From Antechinus flavipes (taxonomy: Eukaryota), in contig NC_067400.1 in NCBI RefSeq assembly GCF_016432865.1, positions 620,001 through 684,000 of the forward strand: a DNA stretch of 64,000 nucleotides, read 5' to 3'. The position numbers and the translations under genes were made by a program. The notes below the pieces were generated by a model, which saw only the letters and a list, made by a program, of their open reading frames with translations, did not search any database and had not been told where the DNA came from. Each line of letters begins with the position of its first letter. The first letter of the stretch is position 1. This document shows, piece by piece, positions 1 through 9,387 of this stretch.

Positions 1-194
1 TCTTCCCACAGGGGCATGGTTCAGCCAAGTTTCCGCGGAATTCCTGGATGGGGAGAGCCCACCTACAAGAAGCTACCTCAGGCCGAGAGGCCACAGGCTG
101 CTTTCCTGGGTGTCAAATTGTATGTGTCTGCGTGCTAAAGCCTTGGGCAGGGAAGAAAGCTCTGGGCCCTGATTTCCAACAGGGCCTCCAACAG

Positions 195-348
195 TTCCTG
201 GCTGTGTGACCTTGGCCAGGTCACTTAACCTCGTCTGCCTCAGTTTTCCCATCTGCAAAATGAGCTGGAGAAGAAACGGCAAACCCCCTCAGTGTCTCTG
301 CCAGGAAAAACCCAAATCGGGTCACTGAGTCTGACACGACAGAAACAA
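195..348 (+). mobile_element. MAR1-type marsupial CORE-SINE (3' part)
   Basis: CORE ctgtgtgacc..cacttaacct..cctcagtttt..aaaatgagctggagaag plus RTE-derived tail ..gccaggaaaaaccc..gggtcac..gacacgac. Confidence 0.8.
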
Positions 349-541
349 TCCCTAACAGAGAGGGGTGGGAGACCAGACAAGAAGGGGCTCTGGAAGAGCT
401 TTTCATGCGGGACTCCCAGCCCATAGCACATTGCGCGCAGGCGCACTCCAGCTCGGGTAACGGCCTAGTTCCTACTAGTTGCCTAGCAACAAACCCCGCC
501 TGGCACTCTACCGCGCAGGCGCAGTCCGGCACCGCCGTTAC

Positions 542-952
542 CTGGTAGCGACTCAGGGCGGGACCCTCGCCTCCGCCTCCAACTACTCCTCCACCGCTGC
601 CTCCGCCTCCGCCTCCGCCCCCTCCTCCACCGCTCCCTCCGCCTCCGCCTCCACCGCTGCCTCCGCCTCCGACGCTGCTCCCGCCACCTCCGCTCCCGTC
701 GCTAGGGGCGGGACCTGGGCCGCGCAGGCGCACTGCCAAGAAAGCGCCGGCTGCACCATCCCACAGGAAGAGTTCAGCACCGATCCCAAAGAGAAGGTTC
801 CGAGTAAGGGTAGGTGGGTTTGGCTGCTCGGCACCTGGCGCAGGAGGGCTCTGGTCCCGCAGGCCCTCGCGTAGCCGCACGAACACAACGTGCTGGGGTA
901 ACCACAGCCGCCACTGCTCACCGTCTCCGCTGGCCTCCTCGGCCGCCGCCAT
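542..952 (-). CDS. NUP88: Nucleoporin NUP88, coding exon 1 (137 codons; rest of gene lies left of the window)
   Basis: [31 protein letters not shown]...[18 protein letters not shown]...RLRGP...PALSRYQ matches the recalled human NUP88 N-terminus. ATG at 952-950; phase-0 donor CAG|GTAACG at 542/541. Confidence 0.95.
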
Positions 953-1594
953 CTTTCCCCGCGGTGCCCTACTGAGTCCCGCCCCCCATGTTATCCAACC
1001 AGCGCTCGTCATCCTCTGCTCCAGCCTATGAGCGTCCGTTCGTGTGCTTGTCCAATCGGCGCTCTCTCCTCTCTGCCCAATCAGTGATCTCCTCTCTTCT
1101 GCCCAATCAGAATGGGAAGCGACCGAGGCGAAGTCACTGCCTAACACACCTTCTGGGTCGCTCACCAATCCGCAGCGTAGCTGGAAACTCTGACTTTGCT
1201 AGCTTCGCTATGGAGGCGTGGCCGCTCGGGTTGGCCCCTCCCCTCTCTGGGTAGCCGCTTCCCGGGTTTGCGGAACCTTCTCAGAACTGCAGTCAGCCAA
1301 GATCCCTGCGATGTTGCCCTTGTGGCTGGAGCGTGTTTGTGGAGCCAGGACAGGCAGATATGGAAGGAAGCCTTCACGCCTTTGGTTTCGGTGTCTCTCT
1401 GGATAGGACTCCGAGGGGGAGGGGGAAAGAGCGAAAAGGTTGCGGACTACCATTCCCAGCATGCACCGGATGCATTTACGCACGCGCAGTTCGTGATAGG
1501 GTTATCGTTCCCGGTATGAACGGTGGGGAGGGGGGCCAGGAGGCGAAAGCGGCGGATTCGGTCTCCCTACGGACTCCTAGGGAGCCGGGCTTTT

Positions 1595-1672
1595 ATGGAG
1601 GAGACGGTGCAGGGACGACGCGCGTTTCACAAGCGTCCTAGGGGCCCGGTCTGGAAAGAGACGTACCGGCAG
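1595..1672 (+). CDS. RPAIN: RPAIN exon 1 ([26 protein letters not shown])
   Basis: ATG 1595; donor CAG|GTCAGT. Confidence 0.88.
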
Positions 1673-4562
1673 GTCAGTCCTCGGTCGGGGTTCCTTGCCC
1701 TTCCAGTCAGGCCCCTTTCTCGCCCTCCCGAAGCTCTAGGCCCCGCCCCTTCCTGCCTCCTCTCCTTGGGACCACCCTGCACTTGTGCATTGTTGGTGGA
1801 GCTGTGGCGGGGTCTAAAACTGAGAAAACCATTGGGAGCGCTTCTAACCGAGAGTTCAGGACCTATTCAGACTGGCTTGGGTGAGGAGCGACCGTGGCTC
1901 CCTCTCCAGACTAACTAGGCGGTGGGCAAGGGCCAGGCCAGACTGTGTTTTAACAGGGTCTGCTTCTGAGGAGTAGAGAGGCTTTAGCCACCTTTGACTG
2001 TGATTCCCCATGTAGATCATTCCCTACCCAGTAGTCTGAGGGTTTTTCTAGAAACAAAGACCCGTGTTTAAAAATAAAAATAACCCAGAAATCAAAAAGA
2101 AATGAATGAAAAGCAGGGAAGCTTCCCCAGCATAATGTTTGCTTCCACTCATTTGCCAAACTGGAATTCCCTGTCCTGTCCTTCCGGTTCTTTTCTGACA
2201 AAATCTTGTCAGTTTGACTCTTGCTAACGTTCTCTTGAAATAACAGTAGCATTCAGAGCGTAGTAGGATACAAAAATCTTCCGTGAAAATCCCCCCATTT
2301 TGGATTGCCTTGGCTGTTCCATTCCCTCTTCGTTCGTCTTCCTCCTGGGCACCTCCAGGCCCGTAGAGTGGTTTGGGAACAGCAGATGCGCCATAGATGT
2401 AACATTTAGGAGTTTGCTTTCCCCTCCGAACGCCCCCCCCCTTTGGATCATGAAGTTAGGACTTTGTAAACATTTCCTACTCATTTAGTGCCTGAGGCAT
2501 GTAAGACTATAAAATAGGCACGCAAATCAAACATTTATTGGTAACAAATCCGTACTTTTACGACCCCCATCTTCAGTTTCACAACCACATATGGAGTCAT
2601 GATCCACAGTTTAAGAAGCTTTGATATAGTAGGTATTTAGGGTTCTTGGATAGGCCTTCTCTTCATTTCTTTCTTTTGTATTCCTTTTTCCTGCTTTTTT
2701 TCTTTTCTAGGTTTTTGACTCCACAGTTAGTTTGGTAATATCACTTGGTTAGCCCCACTTCCTTGCTGGTTTTTTATATATTTTTTCCACTCCCTTGTCT
2801 TATGTCTTTGGATTTAATCCAATTTTAGCTGGTTTGTTTTAAAAGAATTTAGTTCTCTATTTTTTCACCTTCTTTGGAGACTTTTATTTTTCCTATGCCT
2901 TCTTAAGTAAATATCTCTAAAGAACTCTTTTCTAGGAAGTTTTTCTCTGCTTCTTTCTCATTGTTTCCTTTCCCTTTCAATCTCAGTGTATTCTGAATTT
3001 TATTTTCTAAAGATGTTTTATCTTTATTATTCCTGTATTCTCCATGAGATTTAACTTTTGAAGTCCCTGGTTTGAGCTCTTCCTCCTCTCTAGGTTCTAT
3101 GTCTTGCTGCATCTCTCCTTCCCACCCCCATCCCATGCCTCCCTCTTACAAATTTCATTTCATGAAGGACAAACAAGTTACATGGAAGAAGCATTGTAAG
3201 GGAAGTGGTGCTCTCTGCCTCCTCCCCCATAGGCCAGGTCATCTTGCCCCTTTCCCCATAGTTACCTTTGATTCTCCCACTTTGGGGGTTCGGGTCACGG
3301 TCTGGCCACTACTTACTAATATTTTCATATTTCAAGCTCACCTCTCTCTCTCCCGCCAGCGATGCCTTCAGAGAATGAAAAGCAGCCGGGCCCAACTCCT
3401 GGACAAGTATCGCCGAGTGGGAGGGGTCCACTGTGGCCTTATGGCCCAGGAGGTGATGGAGACAGAGTGGCTGGCTCTGCAGTCCGTACATGAGAACCTA
3501 GCGGCCCAGAGGCGCAGCAACAGTTTTGCACAGGTCTGTTTCCCCGCATTGGTGAGTGAAAGGAATAAGGGGGTATCTCCCGTACTTCAGAAGATTTGGG
3601 CTGCCTTCCAGGGCTGAGGGCCTGGAGTCCAGGTGCCTTTCTTTGGGTCAGTGGGGAAAAGGCCAGTGCACCAGGGGCTGGGAAAAGGCTGTTCTGAGGC
3701 TCCTTCCCCCTGCTCCCTCCAGGGTGGAAGCCCCAAGAGCCGTAACCACCCGCTAGGCCACAGGTGGGGAGCTTTTGGAGAACAATACCAACCCACATGC
3801 TTCCTCTGCTCTGTAGGTAGCAGATCCCGAGGAACTTGAGGTTTTGGAAGAAATTCAGCAGGAGCTGATGAGTCAAGGTATGGAGGCATGGGGGGGAGGG
3901 GGAGAGAGGTAGAGGCGTGTTGGCTTTGGATGCTCAGCCTCACTGGGGATGGGCTAGTCACAGACCTGTTCCATGTGCCCGCAGCCCCCCTGTGCCTCAG
4001 TGTTTTCCGGACACCAGCCTAGGCAAATGAGCTTTGGGTCCTAGCACAGACCTGGCTGGTCAGTCTTAGGCAGATCCTTCCTCTCTGAGAATCTGTGACC
4101 AGACTCCCTGGAGTGATAAGTCTGGATTACAAATGAGGAAACTGAGTCTGGGGCTATAAGTCACCCCACATCCATGTGCTCCAGAGAGCTTATTGTCTGG
4201 GGGCAGAGCAGACTTAGTAACACTCTCCCACACGTGGGGACTTTTAAAAGCCCCTTCAGGTTCTTCATCTATAAAGTGGAGGTAACAAGTGGCTGCCATC
4301 CCATAGGACCGGTGAATGGCTCTCGGAGGTTCCATCCCAGTGTTAAGGATACAGGCATCCAGCGTTTGGCAAACTCTGATGCTTCATCTGTGCTCGTTCA
4401 CGTGTTCTAGGATTCCCTCCACAGCCCTTGGGCCAGCCAACTGTGGAATGGGGTGTGGCTTTGAGGAGCATCGTCCTTGGTACTCTCCTAACTGCCCTGT
4501 ATTTTTATGAATCTCCCTTTTCTGAGGGAAGAGGGGGAAAGAATACAGACACATACACACAC

Positions 4563-4615
<53 letters not shown>

Positions 4616-7600
4616 TCTCCCTCCCTCCCTCCCGTTCTGTGTGATGCTCATCTTCCATTCTTGCCTTGTGAACCTTTGAAAAAGCTCCAGTCAGCAAAAG
4701 GTGTGGGCAGTGTCTTAGTGGGATCCAGCCTGCTCTCTTCTTCAGCCCTAAACCCAGCTCACGGTCCCAGAAATGCATGTGATGTCCAGCCCAGCTCCAC
4801 AGGATGCTCTTCAAGGGTAGGATGAAACATTCCATAGGCATTCTTCCTGCATTTGGTCTTCCTTGTGTGGATGGGAAATCTCAACTCCTTCAAGCAATTC
4901 TGGATCTCTTCCAGGTTCTATAAAACCTTGGAGCGTCAGGCAACCCCCATAGGGCCGTCAGCAACCAGAAACATATCTGGATCCCCCTTAACCCTAGGGA
5001 AGCCATTCCTCTTTGACCCGGACTGAGAGCTGGATGGTGATAAGCACCTTTGGGGAGGTTCGCTTCCCCATTTTTGTGCCTCATGGTGGGGAGGGGTGTC
5101 AAGAGGCAGATTTGTTTCCTTGTTCCCTCTTCCAAGGAGATCTTGATGTGTGGCTGGGAGCACCGTGATACCAGAGCCCAGGTGAGCTTGTTTTCGCTCC
5201 ATCCCTCGGATCATTGTGAGACACAGAAGTCATCCATTTGGACCAGCGCCTTGCTGAAGCCTCTGACCCATACCTTCTGTCACTTGGCTCCAGATGACGC
5301 CTTTCCATGCTCCTTCCTGCCTCTCTTGTGAACAGATCTACTTCACATTGGGCGTGTCCTGCTGCAAGAATCTGCTCCGACACTCACCTTTGTCCCATTT
5401 GGGCATCGAAGAGCAAGTAGGGTCCCACAGCCCTGGATGCAGAAAGCAGGGTTTTCTCCATCTTCTCCTTTGCTTTCTGTGCTTGAGATCCTATGGGATG
5501 ACCTTGCTAAACCGCTTCACAAGCTGACACTCCTCACAGTCCCCAATTGATGTGTCAAAGGAGAGGAACAAGCTGTTCTTGAGAGAAGCGATCCATACTT
5601 TGAGCAGCCACATGAAGAAATCTCCCCACTCACTCAGAGATGTAAATGAAAACAAGTTGGAGGTCCTGACAGTAAAGGAGAATGGCTAATGCTGACATTG
5701 TGGGGAAACAGGCTTACACACACACATACTCTCAAAGATACAGAAATGAGCAGAATCAGGATAAATAGCCTTTGGCATTCTGATTGATGCAATGCTCAGC
5801 CAGGCTCCAGAGGATCCGGAATCCAGCAACTCTCGCCCTGCTCAAGATGTAGGATATGATCTGACCGTGGGGTACGAGAGGAGGATTTGCGGGCACCGTA
5901 TCCCCCTAAGGTGTTCCAATAAGTTTCTGTCCGGTTCAGTTTGCCAGAAGCACTCTGGGCTTTTTTCCTCAGTTCTGGGTGAGGTCACTAGCTGCTGACA
6001 TCCACGGTTCAGGTTTTGAAGGACTTGCCCGGGACTGGTCCTTTGGGATATTCTCATTTGGGCTTTTGGTGTTTGCTGTGTGGCCTTCCTAGTTTCATCC
6101 CGTTTTCTCAAAGTCTACGTACTCGTTAGCAGTGACGCCTCTGGTTTTGGTGTGGAATGTCCTGATTGAGACAAATGCCTCGGGCCGGGGACCTTGGGAA
6201 GAGTTTCTGCTGTGGTTTCCTCTCTTTCCAGGTCTGGGCCAGCAGCTCAGTGCAGGATTAGGGTTAGGGTTATACTCACAAGTCAGTCTGAAGGGTGAGG
6301 GCCCCTTTCTCACTTTCGCCAGATGTCCCTGGGCTGCCTCTCTGCTTACAGCTTCTCCTTGAGAGGAGAGCAAGGATATGAGCCTAGAGGGGCCGATATT
6401 GGCTTGCTCATGCAGCAATATTAGGGTTTTGTTTTTAACCAAACTCGCTGTCAGACCAGGAAAGTCCCTTTCCCCAGTGCAGATCACCTTGTCCAAAGCA
6501 CAGAACCGGACTTGTTGTGACTTCTGCCTTCTCCAGCTAGCCAGCATGTTTCAGATGCCAAATGAATCTCTGTGCTGCACTTCTGCTTGGCTTAGGGCCT
6601 CCAGGTCAGCATGATCTGTCTCTCCTTTGAGAAGCCCCTGGACTGCCTTTAAAGGCTGCCCTTACCTTTTCCCTTTTATCCCTTCACACAGTCTTCTGAA
6701 CTGACTGTTCTCCTGCTCCTTCTGCCTCACCGTTAGAATTGTTCCACTTCCCGGTTCTAGTTGTCCTCGTCCTCCCCATCCCATTCCCTCCTGCCCCCCA
6801 GGATGAGACAGCCTCCTTTACTCCCAGCTGCCTTGTCAAATCAAACTTTTTACCTGTACATCCCTACTGGGATCCCCACAAATCAGTGAGGCAAGAACAC
6901 TGGCCAAGGTTCCTGGCCCTGCTTGTTGTGTCAGGAACATTTCAGTGGGATGCCCACCTAGGAACAGTCTCATTCTATACAAACTTCCCGTACAGTTAGA
7001 GATGTGATCCACTTTATTTTCCATTAGAGTGCCATTCCTTGAGACTTTCTCTACATTCCCATGGCCTAGTACAGAGCCCAGTATTAACTAATCACTGTTC
7101 TTGGTGATGGCAACAGCCATTCTCTTGGAAAGAACTCAATTACAGGAAAGTTTCAGACCAGCAAAATACTATAAGAACGTTCTATCATGTTATTTATGAC
7201 AGAAGAATAAGGTTCTACAGCAAGAACTAGCTGGCTTCAGCGCCTGGCAGAAAACCTAAAAAACCAAGTTGTTTTAGTGCCGAATGCCAAATGCAGCTAA
7301 TTAGTTGAGCTTGATTGTTTTTAACATTTCAGTTGTCTCCAAAATAATAATTTCCCAGTCCCCATCTCTCCTGGGATACTCTGACTTGTTGTTCTCATTA
7401 GCTTCTCCTAAACAGTCTTTGTTAGTGTCGATTTTGTTCTGATTCTGTTTTCTCCTTAAAATGACCCAGGTTATTTTTATATTTCCCCCTTTTGTAGATC
7501 TTATTTACATTACTATGTGAATATAGTGTCTTGTACTTTAATCACTCTATGTAGTTCTGCCATGGCTGGGCGTATCCCCGCCGTGGAGTTACTGGGTCCA

Positions 7601-8839
7601 GAAGCACCGGGTTCTCTCCAGCACGGCTCTGCGCCCTGTGCCTGCTTGGCCACAGCCCCAGTGGCATTTTGCGCTTCTCAGAGCCCCTTGCAGCTCCCCT
7701 AACCATCAGTACAGAAAGCTTTCTATGCCCAGGATGGTGTCAGAGCTTTTCCTTCCCTTGCAGAACAAGCCTTCATTGAGGAGTATGAGAGGGGCCTGCA
7801 GTTTGATGACACTTGTCTCTGGGCTCTGCTGGAGGGGCTTCAGGCGGACGGGGTCATCTGCCCCGTGTGTTCCAGGTAAGAGCTTGTGGAAAGGGGGGGC
7901 GGAACCGGCAGGCCTGGGCCTGGCCCTTAAGCGGCTGCATGGTTTCTGAGAGTGGCTCTGCTTCTAGGCACAATCTGAGCGTGGTGAGAGGCAGGGTCCT
8001 GTGTCAATGTGGTCTCCACCTCTTCTCCCAGGTGAGCCCCTCCCTCCTAGTCACTAGTGAGGGCTGGAGAGATTGTGTGTCAGTACTGAGAAGTCCCCCC
8101 TCCCCCACCACAAGGGAGCCCAAGCCTAGGTGTGGGGAGCAGGCTGTGGGAGGCCCACGGGAGGGAGGGATGGCTTCCTTGACCACTTCCTCCCTCCTCA
8201 GTCTCCAGAACTGACAGAGCAGACCTTCCGAGCCCTCTTAGAGGAAAGCGTGAACAGACACAGCGAGACATGTGCCCACAGGCCCGAGTTTTCTGTCACC
8301 AGTGGAACAGAAGAAAGTGCCAGTCTTCTTTTGAGCTGTGCGGTACGGCCCTAACCCTAAATGTGCCTTCTGGAGAGCCCTCTGACCCTGAACCCTTCGC
8401 TGTCAGACTTCACTAGTCAGACACTGTCTAACCTGAAGGGAAGCAAGGCTAAGACAGTTCCTAGGCCTAGAGCTGGAGTTTGTAGTGGACCACCAGCTGA
8501 CCCACAGCAGAGGATCCTGACACCCCAAGGATGACAAATTCTGAGTGTCAGGGCTCCAGGTTGAGGCTGGAGCTGTGGCTGGTTTGGGGGTTAAAAGGCT
8601 GCCCAGTGAGGTAATGAGGTTCCTCCCCCCAGAAGAGGACCCCAAATCAAGGAGGCTTCTTAGAGCCAGGCAGCACCCCTGGAGCTTGGGGACAATCTGG
8701 CTCCACAAAAATGCTGATCAGGCAGGTGGGGTGGGCTCCCCCTCCCCCCCAGTCTAGGACCAGGGCTAGCCCCAGGCCCCTTTAACCCCAGATTCTTCTC
8801 CATGGACAGGTCTGCGATACTCTGACCGTGCTGCTCTGA
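1595..8839 (+). CDS. RPAIN: RPA-interacting protein, whole model join(1595-1672,3360-3533,3817-3877,7764-7875,7968-8031,8202-8342,8810-8839) = 660 nt, 219 aa
   Basis: All introns GT-AG and the frame stays open. Motifs [32 protein letters not shown] and the C-terminal Zn-finger residues CPVC..CQC..H..C..SC.VCD match RPAIN. Confidence 0.93.
2620..3110 (-). mobile_element. T-rich degenerate LINE (probably L1, antisense) in RPAIN intron 1
   Basis: strong T-rich strand asymmetry, AT-rich relative to flanks; no clear ORF homology. Confidence 0.35.
3360..3533 (+). CDS. RPAIN: RPAIN exon 2 ([10 protein letters not shown]...SNSFAQ)
   Basis: pyrimidine tract + CCAG acceptor; donor CAG|GTCTGT. Confidence 0.92.
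3817..3877 (+). CDS. RPAIN: RPAIN exon 3 ([20 protein letters not shown])
   Basis: TGTAG acceptor; 61 nt keeps frame; donor AAG|GTATGG. Confidence 0.9.
4566..4633. repeat. (CT)n microsatellite grading into (CCCT)n
   Basis: seen directly. Confidence 0.95.
6860..7150 (+). mobile_element. Old L1 3'-region fragment in RPAIN intron 3
   Basis: atttcagtgggatgcccac resembles marsupial L1 3' sequence; heavily diverged. Confidence 0.35.
7764..7875 (+). CDS. RPAIN: RPAIN exon 4 ([15 protein letters not shown]...CPVCS)
   Basis: TTGCAG acceptor; donor CAG|GTAAGA; 112 nt. Confidence 0.93.
7968..8031 (+). CDS. RPAIN: RPAIN exon 5 ([21 protein letters not shown])
   Basis: TTCTAG acceptor; donor CAG|GTGAGC; 64 nt. 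Confidence 0.92.
8202..8342 (+). CDS. RPAIN: RPAIN exon 6 ([10 protein letters not shown]...LLLSCA)
   Basis: CCTCAG acceptor; donor GCG|GTACGG; 141 nt. Confidence 0.92.
8810..8839 (+). CDS. RPAIN: RPAIN exon 7 coding part (VCDTLTVLL*)
   Basis: GACAG acceptor; TGA 8837-8839; AATAAA at 9008-9013. Confidence 0.88.
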   Translation, partial: VCDTLTVLL

Positions 8840-9114
8840 CTGCCTTTCTCCCGAGTCAAGGGTCACTGTTCTGTGGACAATGCTGCTTATTCCTAGGTGT
8901 GGGGAGGGAGCCGAGGAGCCGGGCTGATGCCGCACAGGAGGGGGGGTCCAAGTGGTTTTATTTCTCATTTTGTGGGATGATGTACAAAAATGCCAGCAGA
9001 GCAAGGAAATAAAAGTGGGTTAGGAAACATAATTTATGTCTGACAGTATTTTACCAAACTTTCTCCATGATAGCTTTGGGTAAGTGTTCTCTCTGGGTCC
9101 AAAGTAGGGTCTCC

Positions 9115-9387
9115 CTACTGACACTTGACAAACCCTTTCAGATCTTCCAGGAAGTTGATGTATTCCTGGTGTTCTAAAGCTGTGCTGAGCTCAATCAGTT
9201 CATCCGCAAATGTATTGTCCACCCCTCGGTCAGCCAGGAAGTCCATCAAGTGGTCGTACAGGGCCCAGTCCAGGGAGTCTGTGTTCAGTGTGTAGTTTGT
9301 GTCTTTCCAGTCCGATTCGCTGGTGGGCTGAAAGCTAACTTCCCGGATAGAGAAAATGTCACTCTCCTCTTCCTCTTCCTGTCCAAC
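9115..9387 (-). CDS. C1QBP: C1QBP terminal exon (equivalent to human exons 5+6 fused)
   Basis: VGQEEEEESDIFSIREVSFQ...DSLDWALYDHL...KGFVKCQ*; 273 nt uninterrupted; TAG at 9117-9115; AATAAA (-) at 8957-8962. Confidence 0.95.
   Translation of the reverse strand, partial: VGQEEEEESDIFSIREVSFQPTSESDWKDTNYTLNTDSLDWALYDHLMDFLADRGVDNTFADELIELSTALEHQEYINFLEDLKGFVKCQ

Larger units (their letters stand above)
420..1730. promoter_or_regulatory. CpG island / bidirectional promoter NUP88-RPAIN
   Basis: CpG-dense; ATGs 643 bp apart; CCAAT at 1052, 1077, 1103, 1165; YY1-type CCGCCATCTT over the NUP88 ATG (946-955). Confidence 0.8.

Noticed and set aside
953-1168. 72-codon in-frame extension upstream of the NUP88 ATG in the ORF track
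   Set aside because: Starts at a non-ATG codon, runs through CCAAT promoter sequence and has no NUP88 homology; ATG 952 matches the known N-terminus.
5700-6120. Possible RTE-class LINE or processed pseudogene in RPAIN intron 3
   Set aside because: Only loose resemblance by eye; cannot assign a family without a repeat search.
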